Source: Fimbriimonadia bacterium
Lineage (GTDB): Bacteria > Armatimonadota > Fimbriimonadia > Fimbriimonadales > JABRVX01
NCBI GenBank assembly: GCA_041483895.1
Contig: JBGPGO010000011.1
Span: 91,390 to 155,389, forward strand
Reading direction: 5' to 3'
Length of the DNA: 64,000 bases
Under the pieces are notes generated by a model, which ran no database searches, was not told the DNA's origin, and saw only the letters and a program-made list of their open reading frames with translations. Numbering within the stretch: position 1 is the first letter of the stretch; the number at the start of each line of letters is the position of its first letter. Both the position numbers and the translations under genes were made by a program. This document shows positions 32,057-41,659 of this stretch, piece after piece.

Positions 32057-32461
32057 CTAGGCCAAGGTGGCGAAGATTAGTCGCTCGTGCCCAACAATGT
32101 GGCCGTCCACGAGAACGTCGAACCGATACCGGCCGGGCCCTTCAATAATGGTCGGTTCACCGAGACCAAAGGGGAGCTTCACCCATTGGCGACCCTCGAA
32201 AGCGTCGACGGGTGGATGCAGGTCCACATCGAGCGTCGCCGTCATGAGGCGGCTGCCGTCTTGGTTTATGAGGACAACGTCAACCTTAGCGGTCCGACCG
32301 CTTTCGCTCGGTTCATATTCAATCTCGGAAGCGAATGTCATAGGAGGCAATGGGCAAGGATATCGGCTCGGCGTGACCCGATCGAATAGGCCAACCAATG
32401 CCACGTTGCCGTTGGGCGATACTGATTCGTTTTCGCAGAGCTTACATAGTGTTGTTTTCAT
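32057..32461 (-). CDS. Small beta-sandwich protein (DUF6941-like)
   Basis: LC......G..ALVGLFDR...P...PGRYRFDVLVDG pattern. Confidence 0.65.
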   Translation of the reverse strand: MKTTLCKLCENESVSPNGNVALVGLFDRVTPSRYPCPLPPMTFASEIEYEPSESGRTAKVDVVLINQDGSRLMTATLDVDLHPPVDAFEGRQWVKLPFGLGEPTIIEGPGRYRFDVLVDGHIVGHERLIFATLA

Positions 32462-32600
32462 AGCGATCCAGTTCCGTCAATGACATCCGGCTCCTTCAAA
32501 CCTTCTCCGCTAACGTTCGCGCTTCTCGGGATGCAGCCGCTCTCCATCCAGACTTGTCGTGGGCAACACGATCTAAGTTACTGGCGTACAGTCGGCCCGC

Positions 32601-33254
32601 ATGGAGTGGCCGGAAACCGGGCGCCAGGTCCAGCTCAGGGCGAACAGGACGGGCTTCCCGGACACGAAGCACGACGATCAGGTGCATAGCTTAGGCGTGG
32701 CCTTTCGGACGGCAATGCATTATACTGACGGCACCACCACCGTCAAGGGCAAGCGCGACGCGGCGATCCTTCGGCTGTTCTGGGAGCTGGCGCTGCGGCG
32801 TGCCGAGATCTGCAATCTTTCGCGGGCCGACTTTGACCCCGAGGCGAAGACATTGGCGGTTCGCGGAAAGGGTAAGGGGACGCAGAAGGTGCTGATGACC
32901 CTGAGCGATAAGGCCATCGAAGCGATCGGCGATTACTTGGCCTGCCGGGACATCGACCGACCGGAACTATTCCTCTCTTGCACACGCGACGGCGATGGCC
33001 AGCTGTCCGGCATCACCGGGGTTGGGCTGGCGTTTATGGTGAAGCACTACGCGAAAAAGGCGGGAATCTCAAATTTCAGTCCGCACAAGTGGCGGCACAC
33101 GAGCATCACCGCCTACCTGCACGCCACAAACGGCGACGTACGGGGCGCTCAGAAGCTCAGCCGCCATTCTAAGCTAGAGACGCTGATGATCTACGACGAC
33201 GCGCGTGAGGACCTTCAGGGACGCGCAACAAGGTTGTTGTCGGATTTGGCTTGA
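32601..33254 (+). CDS. Xer-like tyrosine recombinase, catalytic domain only (N-terminal binding domain apparently lost)
   Basis: RDAAIL..LALRRAEI (R), RGKG (K), SPHKWRH (HxxR), SRH (H), MIYDD (Y); only 217 aa with a non-homologous N-terminus. Confidence 0.8.
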   Translation: MEWPETGRQVQLRANRTGFPDTKHDDQVHSLGVAFRTAMHYTDGTTTVKGKRDAAILRLFWELALRRAEICNLSRADFDPEAKTLAVRGKGKGTQKVLMTLSDKAIEAIGDYLACRDIDRPELFLSCTRDGDGQLSGITGVGLAFMVKHYAKKAGISNFSPHKWRHTSITAYLHATNGDVRGAQKLSRHSKLETLMIYDDAREDLQGRATRLLSDLA

Positions 33255-33262
33255 CCGGACCG

Positions 33263-33688
33263 TCACGAGCGCTTGGATTTCAGCCGGTCAGGATTGAATC
33301 CCAGTTTGCGCACTACCGTTTGCCTGCTTTTCTCTGCTCTCGCGGTCAGTTCTCGGCGTCGTTCCCGAACGTAGTCCTTCACAATCGTATAGCCGCCTTC
33401 GAAGCCGTATTCGTCGCATAGGAGTTGATAGATCCCGACGGCGGTGCAACCACTTCCGAAAACACCCTGGGCTTCTGCTTCGAGGATCTGATCGACAATT
33501 GGCGCTACGGCATCCAGCTTCGATTCTCTCGTCGCTTGATCCTGCCGATATCCTGGTGGACGCTCGTACGTCAGCATCTTGCGGACAGTGTCTCTGTGCA
33601 AGCCAAACTCCCGCGCTACCTCCCGAATGCTGAGGACCTTCTTGTTGATCGCCCTTTTGACGTCCTTGTAGACATCAGCCGCGTACAT
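33263..33688 (-). CDS. Stand-alone IstA-type N-terminal HTH protein
   Basis: SIREVAREFGLHRDTVRKML..PPGY..GFEGGYTIVKDYVRER aligns with the IstA N-terminus at 21472; no DDE domain. Confidence 0.75.
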   Translation of the reverse strand: MYAADVYKDVKRAINKKVLSIREVAREFGLHRDTVRKMLTYERPPGYRQDQATRESKLDAVAPIVDQILEAEAQGVFGSGCTAVGIYQLLCDEYGFEGGYTIVKDYVRERRRELTARAEKSRQTVVRKLGFNPDRLKSKRS

Positions 33689-33866
33689 GCGCCCTCTCGG
33701 TTTCGACGCTCATGGCGGCATTTTACCGGCTGTAAACACGGGAGAAAAATGCAGCCACGGGCGGGGAGCAAGAGTGTGCCACTTATCGGCGAGTTGATCG
33801 GGCCAAACTCAACCAGGGCCGAGAGTGCAGAGGTAACATCCATACTTCCATCAGAGGAGGGAGTTA

Positions 33867-34658
33867 TTGGGTGCGATGCAAATGATCCCATGCAAGAGAT
33901 TCCGAGCAAGTATGTGGAAGCGAACAAGAGAAGTTTCGGACGAGTTCATTTATACCGTCCGACTAACCATGATGCATACGGCGCTCGGCGTTTTCATCGA
34001 CCGTGCCAAGCAGGACGACGATCCCAACAAGTGGGAAGCTCAGGATATGCCCGAAAAGCTCGATCTGTTCGCCCGTCAGATGCATCTCTACGGCGAGATA
34101 ATCAATCAACTTTTCGGCGATACCGCTCCACGTAGAGGAGCTTGGCCTCACGAAGTAGCAGATGCCAAGTTCCGCATCTGGGCTAAGGTTATCGCAGACG
34201 CCAACCTGCAACTCAGTCAAGCCCGTAAGGAATTGCTCGAGGGAAAGGATGCTGCGTGGGATATAGTAAAGGCTGTTCGCAACCAACTGGGCGCGCATTT
34301 CGACATCGAAGTCATCCGTAGCGGGCTTGATCGCTGGCAAGAGCAACCACCTGACCAAAAGGCACACGCTTTCTACACGGGCCTGACTGAGGGCGACGAC
34401 GCCGATCACATCTTTCCCTTATCGCAGGAAATCATCGGATCTTTCCTCTGCGGTCTGGGTACGGAAGACCAATATTTTGACCGCATGGACAAGCTAATTC
34501 CTCCTCTACACAACTACTTGAAAATGCTGATCGCCGACCGGATCATGGCACTTCAGAAAAGCGGAGAACTGGAGTTGATTGAAGGTGAAATGCACGCTGA
34601 CATAGGTCTATGGCACCCGGACCACTACAAACGAATGATTCGCGATATGACCTCATAG
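33867..34658 (+). CDS. Helical protein with HEPN-like motif
   Basis: VKAVRNQLGAHFD fits the R-N-x3-5-H HEPN RNase signature; GGAGG upstream. Confidence 0.55.
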   Translation: MGAMQMIPCKRFRASMWKRTREVSDEFIYTVRLTMMHTALGVFIDRAKQDDDPNKWEAQDMPEKLDLFARQMHLYGEIINQLFGDTAPRRGAWPHEVADAKFRIWAKVIADANLQLSQARKELLEGKDAAWDIVKAVRNQLGAHFDIEVIRSGLDRWQEQPPDQKAHAFYTGLTEGDDADHIFPLSQEIIGSFLCGLGTEDQYFDRMDKLIPPLHNYLKMLIADRIMALQKSGELELIEGEMHADIGLWHPDHYKRMIRDMTS

Positions 34659-34686
34659 CGGCATTTTACTGGCCAACCGCCATTGA

Positions 34687-34714
34687 CCTATCGAAAATCG
34701 CCATTATCGATAGT
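34687..34714 (+). other. 28-bp dif-like recombination site, copy 5
   Basis: CCTATCGAAAA-TCGCCA-TTATCGATAGT. Confidence 0.85.
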
Positions 34715-34852
34715 GAAAATCCGGGCAAGACAATTACGAGACTGCGGCAAGCACCCATAGGCTTGGAGCGATCCACAGGAATTTGCTCAGGGACTCACCA
34801 TCCCGGGCGGCAACCGAGGCACGGGCCTGATCCGGTCATCTCTCCAACGATG

Positions 34853-35545
34853 CTAGCCCTGAGCGAAGATAATGGTTGTGTCAGGGGAAACCACCAGATG
34901 GTCTTCGTCAAACTCCTTGTACACGTCATAGGGACCGTCGATTCGGAGAAGCAACGGTGCGTCTGATGCAATGCCCGGTCCGATGATTACGCGCGTCGCA
35001 TCATTCAACGGCCCTGGCTCAAGAACATGCACTCCGTTCCATTTTCGATCGCTTTCTCGAATCAACGGTGGAGTTTCAAGAAGTCTCTTGGCAAAAAGGT
35101 AGGGATTTCGAACCAGGTTGGCAACCAGTCTACCTTGAGAGTTGTCTAGTTCAATAGTCGCGTTGATTCGCACGAGTCCTATTTCCTCGTCGATACCCAA
35201 AGTAAAGCTGACTCCGCTTGGCAGGTCCACATCTACGCGATCTGGTAATGCCCGAGCACAAACGAGTGAGCTGGGAGCACCTCCGTTCAACCGAACTGGC
35301 ATGAGTTGTGGGCCATGTCCAAAGGGGTACATGACGACAACAGTGAAGTCCTCGGCTAGCGAGTATTTGGTTCTTTCCCGCCAGTCATTTGGTTCGAACA
35401 CTAACGAGAGGAATTCGTCCCAAGAACAGCTCCATGACCAAGGATTCGTCGGTGGGCGCTCTTTCCAGGTTTCCGTTACGAGATTAGCGTTACGTGCCTG
35501 CCTTTTCATGATCTTACCTCGAGGGGTTCGAGTTAGCTCGGACAA
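34853..35545 (-). CDS. Hypothetical protein (distant paralog of 35533..36210)
   Basis: Overlaps the upstream gene; shares W-x3-C-x-W, LVxxPY and RV..GP motifs with it. Confidence 0.65.
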   Translation of the reverse strand: MSELTRTPRGKIMKRQARNANLVTETWKERPPTNPWSWSCSWDEFLSLVFEPNDWRERTKYSLAEDFTVVVMYPFGHGPQLMPVRLNGGAPSSLVCARALPDRVDVDLPSGVSFTLGIDEEIGLVRINATIELDNSQGRLVANLVRNPYLFAKRLLETPPLIRESDRKWNGVHVLEPGPLNDATRVIIGPGIASDAPLLLRIDGPYDVYKEFDEDHLVVSPDTTIIFAQG

Positions 35546-36210
35546 TAGCCCTTTATGACGTACGTATCAAGGCTCACTGTGTACTGGCCCGAACCGGTGA
35601 GAACTGCTTTCCCCATTGCTAATTCACATACAGTGCAAGGTGACACTATGGGTCCGACATACAGCACACGAATTTCATCCGGATCCGATGTCGAGGAAAA
35701 GGTGAGTTGGCCCGAGGTCGGGCTCGCGAATGCATATGACGGGAAGCTGGTGTCGCTGGGGCTGGAAACAACCCGCAGCTTGACCGTGCCGGCGCTAATC
35801 GCGTCGTTCGTGTAATCGTATGGCTTATTCACGAGGGCCCAACATGCCGGTCCAGCCGTTGAAGCCGAACCCAGCTCGAAGTGAACGTATGCGAGACCCA
35901 TATTAGAAACGATGGTGACGAACACGTCGCCAGATGGAGCCTCTTGAAACGGCGTACCAGGCATCGATGTGGCACGACCGCGAATTGAAACGAATGGAGT
36001 CGTTTCAATCCCTTCAACGCTGACAATGCTGTCGCCAGCGTCTTCTCCAGTCGGCGGGAAGATAAGCATGCTGAACGGTACGGGGAGCGTGTGATCGTTG
36101 TCGTCTTCCCAAGTCGCCTGATCCGTAAGAAGAGTTGCGATGTCGGACCAAGCGCACTGCACGGCCCAAAGAGTATCGTCCGCAGATACGCGTGCTATTG
36201 ATAAAGGCAT
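35533..36210 (-). CDS. Hypothetical protein
   Basis: 225 aa, GGAGGAA RBS, directly downstream of the CHAT-NTPase gene. Confidence 0.7.
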   Translation of the reverse strand: MPLSIARVSADDTLWAVQCAWSDIATLLTDQATWEDDNDHTLPVPFSMLIFPPTGEDAGDSIVSVEGIETTPFVSIRGRATSMPGTPFQEAPSGDVFVTIVSNMGLAYVHFELGSASTAGPACWALVNKPYDYTNDAISAGTVKLRVVSSPSDTSFPSYAFASPTSGQLTFSSTSDPDEIRVLYVGPIVSPCTVCELAMGKAVLTGSGQYTVSLDTYVIKGYCPS

Positions 36211-36286
36211 GATTCCTCCGGTTCATTTGCTAAACACAGATTAAGAACCGACGACAGAAAGGGATTCTTACGACAAATGGCGGAAA

Positions 36287-39200
36287 TTACGACAAAATAG
36301 TCGAGATCAACTGGCGCCAACCGAGCTTTCGGTAAGTAATAATATCACTTTGTCGTTCGCATGTAAGCTTTTCCATGAACGCCGCCAACCTATTATTTGC
36401 ATCCTTTCGCAATCTAGATGCTATCTCCGAATGGATCTTTGCCGCGGCAACTAGGCAGATTGCACAGTTCTCTTGTTCGCCAAGCCTTTCTAGAACAGGT
36501 GCAGCATCAAGCAAAGCTTTGCCACAATGAAACGTTCGATGCCCTTCCGATGCAATCCGTACCCCACGAAGGAATGCCTGCTTGGACCCAACCAGATCCC
36601 CAGCTTCCGAAAGTATCCGTCCACATTGTTGGTAGACAAAGAGCAACAGATCTAGCTCCGAGCTCATCGTAGCGTGCTTTAGCGACTGTTCCACCGCAGC
36701 ACGAGCATCGTCGAGACGGCTAGTCCGCGCCAATACTGAGGCGCGAATGGCAAGCGCCGTCGCAATCAGACCATCGCTGCCAGATGTCTCAGCAAATCGT
36801 TCGGCTTCGGTAAGAAGCTTTTCACCACCCGTGATATCGGATAACTCAAATCCTTGCACTGCGAGATCGAGCAACGCATCCGCTGCATCGCGTGGACAAT
36901 TGTGAGCCACAGCCAACTCTAGGCGCTCTGTCCAAGCGGCGGCAGCTTCAGCCTCTTTCCCCTCTCTTCTAAGCGCCGCACCTGACAAACCCAAGAGGTC
37001 TGCCTCGAGTTTCCAGTTTCCCAGTTGTTGGGCGGCCGACACGCCTGCCTCTCGCGTGCGATCAAAATCCTCTGCTAGCCCAGCTTCAAGGAAGCTACGG
37101 GCAAGGGCGTCCGCCAAGCGAGCCATAATTTCGCTCTGGTTGTTTTCACGCGCGAAATCGATCGCAGCCCGGTAGTTACCCAATTCTCTCCAAAGCATCT
37201 TCGTACCTTCCGACCATCTTCCCGCCTTCATGAGGTCGCTAAGGTTCAAAGCGACGAGCTCGTACCGCTCAGCATGTCTGAGGCGAATGTCTGTGCTCCC
37301 TGAAGCATTATCTCCGTGGGTGTCGCAAAGTCGTGCATACTGGCGGACGCAATCGAGCAAACGATACCGTGTGCGACCAGCTATGAATTCTCGCTGCACC
37401 AAAGAGTGGTCGATCAAGCGACCGAGAGCTTCCATTAATTCGCTGGGATCGGGATATTCGCAAACGTAGCAGGCGTCATCGAGGAAGAAACCACCAACGA
37501 ATACCGTCAGATTGGAAAGCAGCCTTCGATAATCATCGCCCAACAGATCGAAAGAGGCTGCAATCACACGCGAGATATCTCCATGGCGATCATCAACTGA
37601 GCTCCGCCGACGGAGAACTTGAAGCGTGTTGTCGCGCACGTGCTCGCAAAGTTCGGTAAGAGACATATGAGACAGCCGGCCGGCGGCGAGGACTATGGAG
37701 AGTGGCACCCCTTCCACCGCCTCGCAGATGTCAAGCGCCATTCTTGCATCTGATCCTCCAGGTTTGAGCTGTGCAGTCGTATGGGACGCGGCTTCGTAAA
37801 ACAGTGCCACTGCATCTGACCGGGTGGTTCTGCCTCTAATCGGCATCGGGGAAAGACGAATTTCATGTTCTCGCGGAAGACCAAGAACAACGCGGCTTGT
37901 TACAATGAGGTGTAGTCCGGAGCACGACTTCAATAGGTCGTCCAATATGTGCGCCAGATCGGTTATCCCCTCAAAGCAATCGAGAATTAGGAGCATTTGA
38001 GATTCGCCAACTTGCGATTTCAGATCGGCAAGAGTGGGGCGAACGTCATCGCTCTTGTCCATGGCTGCGGCGATTCCGCCAATCAGGTCTTCGCTCGACC
38101 GCAATGTCTCACACTCGACAAGCCACGCTCCGCCAGGAAAGTTGTCAAGCAATTCGAGCCCGACCTGCTTGCTGAGCCTAGTCTTGCCGATTCCCCCCGG
38201 TCCGGAAATCGTAATAAACCGCTGGCCATTGAGCATCCGACTTCGCAATTCCTGTCTTTCGGAGGTCCGTCCGATGAAAGGGCGTTCGTCCGAAGGAAAA
38301 TTGTGCCGTGACACTTGCCCAATTGACCAGACAGGAATCGCTTTCTCTGATCGAGCGAGGAATTTGGTTTGTCCATCCCCAAACATAACGGGTGCGAGCC
38401 AATCTGCGCCGGTACCGGCCAACGCTGCTCTAGCTTCTGAGAGGGCTGCCCCAATATTACTCCCGGAAAGAATCGCCGAGTAAAACACTCGCGTTAGTGT
38501 CGGGCCAACTGCATCTCGCATTGGCAACTGCATCGAGATAACATGGGGTACTGGGCCACTCTCTTGCTGCAACCAATCGCCGAATTTACCGGTGTTGCAG
38601 GCCGCAAGAAATGCCAGACTTGTCCCGCTTGACCTGAGCCACTGGACTAACTCGTCGGCGTGCACAACGGTTGCAGTGCCAGTATCACCTTCATTCAAGA
38701 CTATGCCGGGACCGGTCGCTGTCACTGTGCCGTGACAAATCGCATGCAGCACGTGAGGTTGCTTATCGAACAGGAGTTGTCGAAGACCACTTGGGGTGGC
38801 GTACGGGAGGCACTCCAATTCGAATAGATCGGATGTTGCCGCCATCCGTTGCAGTGCATCCAGTTCTCGACCCGCGTAACCAATGCGGGGAAACTCCTTC
38901 GTACGAACGTCCGCCACAACTGCGGCAACTTTCAGCGGCAATGTATGGGGGCAAGGATTACGTTTTGCATTTGCTGTTCCTCTCACCATAATCACATTTG
39001 GATGCAACGCCACGAAACCGATACCGCTTTTGGCAAGATAGACAGCTTCCCACGGCTGCCGACTGGCGACCTGGTCACACTGGAGAATAACCTCCAAATC
39101 CGACTGCGATTCCAATGCGTTCAAGAGCGCAGCAGCGAACTCATCGGCCAACCTGCCGCCAAAGAGAATATCAGATAGCCCTTTTCCAATCTTGATGAGT

Positions 39201-39373
39201 TCAGCTTGCGGAACTGGATTGCTGATATGGCCACGGAGTCTGGCTGGGATTCCATCAGGATCCGGTTGCGGGGCCTCATGCGCCGTCAGGAGACCATCGC
39301 GCCCAATAGAATGGACTTCGAATCGATCTCCGATGGATCGAATGTGAATCTTGAAGCAATGATAATCTCCCAT
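36287..39373 (-). CDS. CHAT protease - STAND/NB-ARC-like NTPase - TPR protein
   Basis: PWE, LHAICHG and LAACNT (CHAT dyad); FIGR, Walker A GPGGIGKT, LLILDCFE, VTSR, GVPLSI; TPR-like tail. Likely start MGDYH at 39373. Confidence 0.88.
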   Translation of the reverse strand: MGDYHCFKIHIRSIGDRFEVHSIGRDGLLTAHEAPQPDPDGIPARLRGHISNPVPQAELIKIGKGLSDILFGGRLADEFAAALLNALESQSDLEVILQCDQVASRQPWEAVYLAKSGIGFVALHPNVIMVRGTANAKRNPCPHTLPLKVAAVVADVRTKEFPRIGYAGRELDALQRMAATSDLFELECLPYATPSGLRQLLFDKQPHVLHAICHGTVTATGPGIVLNEGDTGTATVVHADELVQWLRSSGTSLAFLAACNTGKFGDWLQQESGPVPHVISMQLPMRDAVGPTLTRVFYSAILSGSNIGAALSEARAALAGTGADWLAPVMFGDGQTKFLARSEKAIPVWSIGQVSRHNFPSDERPFIGRTSERQELRSRMLNGQRFITISGPGGIGKTRLSKQVGLELLDNFPGGAWLVECETLRSSEDLIGGIAAAMDKSDDVRPTLADLKSQVGESQMLLILDCFEGITDLAHILDDLLKSCSGLHLIVTSRVVLGLPREHEIRLSPMPIRGRTTRSDAVALFYEAASHTTAQLKPGGSDARMALDICEAVEGVPLSIVLAAGRLSHMSLTELCEHVRDNTLQVLRRRSSVDDRHGDISRVIAASFDLLGDDYRRLLSNLTVFVGGFFLDDACYVCEYPDPSELMEALGRLIDHSLVQREFIAGRTRYRLLDCVRQYARLCDTHGDNASGSTDIRLRHAERYELVALNLSDLMKAGRWSEGTKMLWRELGNYRAAIDFARENNQSEIMARLADALARSFLEAGLAEDFDRTREAGVSAAQQLGNWKLEADLLGLSGAALRREGKEAEAAAAWTERLELAVAHNCPRDAADALLDLAVQGFELSDITGGEKLLTEAERFAETSGSDGLIATALAIRASVLARTSRLDDARAAVEQSLKHATMSSELDLLLFVYQQCGRILSEAGDLVGSKQAFLRGVRIASEGHRTFHCGKALLDAAPVLERLGEQENCAICLVAAAKIHSEIASRLRKDANNRLAAFMEKLTCERQSDIITYRKLGWRQLISTILS

Positions 39374-39381
39374 TGTCGCAG

Positions 39382-40332
39382 CTACCGATTCAATTCTATT
39401 CGGAGAGCACACAGTGTGAGTCCTGGATCCGTTATTCCATTCACTGCGATGTCCACAACCCCCTTGCGAATGAGATCCCACGTACTAACGAACACAAGAG
39501 TTTGCCACCGCTCCGCAGCCACGACCACTCGAACTGCAAGCTTCCTGGTAGCAAGCTTCTTCCGAACAGTTTCCGAAGAGGACAGAGTAAACTTGAGATC
39601 CTCTCCGTCATCCGAAGTTCGGACAATTCCAATCGGTCCCACTGAAACCTCCGGTTCGTCCGCATCCCAGCAATTGAGCTCGCCTTCGCGCGAATCAATA
39701 ATAAAATGTGTCTTATCTGGTTGAAGGCAATCGGAAATTCGCCATGAATCGAGCTCATTTAGCGCATTGGGCACAAAAACGCCGTCCATGTGGACGAGCC
39801 AAGGACCGAAACAGAGTTCGCCGCCAACAACCGGCAAGTATGCGCTGAGCCCGGTCGTAGCTTGACGTGCGACGGACGGTTCGGGTGCCTCCAAAGTTGT
39901 CGCTTGAGCCCCTCGGCTTGTACCTATTTGGGGCAAACGGCGCCGGCGTTTGAGCTGTTCAGAGACGGAATAAAGGAGCGCCCGAAGCGTTGGGGACAAA
40001 GGCGGGGAGATAGGTCGAGTTGGCAATGACAATTCGGCCAATCGATCAAGAACAACCTGCTTCCAAGCCGCAGCAAGAGGTCCCCGCTCCCCTATTTGAC
40101 CCAACTCCGTCTTAGATAAGGTTTCAATATCCGCGGAAGATCTGATCAGCGATGAGCGCTCCGATGGGTTCTGAGAACACCTCTGAATCAAATCGCGCGC
40201 TTCGGTCCAGTCCAATTCACCCGCAAAAAACCGGGCGATTTGCTCATGGTCGGGATCGCAGGGCGATGAGCTTTGCCGGAAAAATGCTCTTGCGGCATTA
40301 TGCGTCGAAGAATCTAGCTCGATATCTTGCAT
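39382..40332 (-). CDS. Putative anti-sigma-like partner protein
   Basis: 2 bp after the sigma-like gene; N-terminal CDPDHEQIARFFAGEL...IQRC resembles degenerate zf-HC2 anti-sigma domains. Confidence 0.5.
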   Translation of the reverse strand: MQDIELDSSTHNAARAFFRQSSSPCDPDHEQIARFFAGELDWTEARDLIQRCSQNPSERSSLIRSSADIETLSKTELGQIGERGPLAAAWKQVVLDRLAELSLPTRPISPPLSPTLRALLYSVSEQLKRRRRLPQIGTSRGAQATTLEAPEPSVARQATTGLSAYLPVVGGELCFGPWLVHMDGVFVPNALNELDSWRISDCLQPDKTHFIIDSREGELNCWDADEPEVSVGPIGIVRTSDDGEDLKFTLSSSETVRKKLATRKLAVRVVVAAERWQTLVFVSTWDLIRKGVVDIAVNGITDPGLTLCALRIELNR

Positions 40333-40334
40333 GA

Positions 40335-41522
40335 TTATTTCGCCTGTGAAGCCCTTTCCTGCGCCACGTACTTTGCCAAGTTCGCAATGAGTCTTCCTTG
40401 GCTAATCCATCCGTTCAACATGGCGGTCGAAATACTGTAACCAATTCGCTCTGCCGCGGGAGCAAGAACTGCGTGGATATCTTGGTGAGGCAAACAATCG
40501 CAGTACGCATATTGGAATGCAATCCGCATCCACACTCCCGGACAAGCAAGCGCCCTTCCAAATGCGGTGCCTAATTCCGGATCTGCGACCATTCGCTCAA
40601 CGATCCCAGCATGAGGATAGTCGCCGCGCACACGCGATAACACCTTTAGTATCTCTGGCTTTGAACGATGCAGGCGATCCTTTTGCACAATCTGATCGAT
40701 TGACATGCCGTAGCGAAGACGATAAACCGCCACGGCAATTTCTGGCCATGACCATCCATCGGGATTTGGTAATTCGGGATGTTCAGCCAGCGCAGCGGTC
40801 ATGAGGGCTTCCAATTTCCGATTTGGTGTCTCAGCGGGTAGACCAACGACCTGCGCGATGAGTCGATACGTGGGCACATAGAGTTGGTTGTAGGCAATGC
40901 GTCGGAGGGCTGGCTCACAAACCAGCAACTGATCCAATTCATCTCGTCCGGGCAAAAGCCTACCGGAGGAGGGCGATAAGATATGCCGCGCCTGAAGCCA
41001 CGGAAGCCGATCTACCAATAGAAGTTGACCAAGAAGGACGAGGGCCGGCCAAGCTTCGCCATCAATGCGCGGATCCTTCCCAAGCCACAATTCGTCTGCT
41101 AATTGGTAGGCCATCTCGATATCGTCTGCAAGTGAAATGATTTCAGAAAGCGCGGGCAAATCGCGGTCCGGAATCTCCGTGTCTTCGGACATACGGACGA
41201 GCTTATGCGCAGAGATCGAGAAGCGAGACCGTAGACAATTGTCCGTCATGACAAAAAGAAGCCTCCACCAAGCTCCGTTTCCCCGAAAGGTCAGCCGGTG
41301 ACGATATTGCCAAAGCCTCTTCGCAATGTCTTGCAATACGTCGTCCGCTAATTCAGGCTCCACCTTCAGTTCTAGGTAGTTCCTGATCACGCGACGAACA
41401 GACGGTAGTAACTCATCAAAAGCCCGTCCGGCAACTTCATCCGACTCGTCAGATAGGGCGGTGACGAGTGCAAACAACGTCGAAGGACCTTGGTATTCCG
41501 GTTGTGTTTCAGCGACAGTCAA
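40335..41522 (-). CDS. ECF sigma-factor-like protein with long C-terminal extension
   Basis: Region-2-like AFDELLPSVRRVI..ADDVLQDIAKRLW..F....AWW.LL.V..DNCLR; TATAAT upstream. Confidence 0.65.
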   Translation of the reverse strand: MTVAETQPEYQGPSTLFALVTALSDESDEVAGRAFDELLPSVRRVIRNYLELKVEPELADDVLQDIAKRLWQYRHRLTFRGNGAWWRLLFVMTDNCLRSRFSISAHKLVRMSEDTEIPDRDLPALSEIISLADDIEMAYQLADELWLGKDPRIDGEAWPALVLLGQLLLVDRLPWLQARHILSPSSGRLLPGRDELDQLLVCEPALRRIAYNQLYVPTYRLIAQVVGLPAETPNRKLEALMTAALAEHPELPNPDGWSWPEIAVAVYRLRYGMSIDQIVQKDRLHRSKPEILKVLSRVRGDYPHAGIVERMVADPELGTAFGRALACPGVWMRIAFQYAYCDCLPHQDIHAVLAPAAERIGYSISTAMLNGWISQGRLIANLAKYVAQERASQAK

Positions 41523-41659
41523 TGGTGATTGCGCCCATTATATCAAAAACCGCCGAATCCGGCATCAGCCTGGAGTGATCTTCAAGATTTGGGGCTTTGC
41601 CCCAGCGAATTGTTAAAACCTACCGCAAGTCTTGCCGAAGGGAGTTGTGAAGTGACTTA

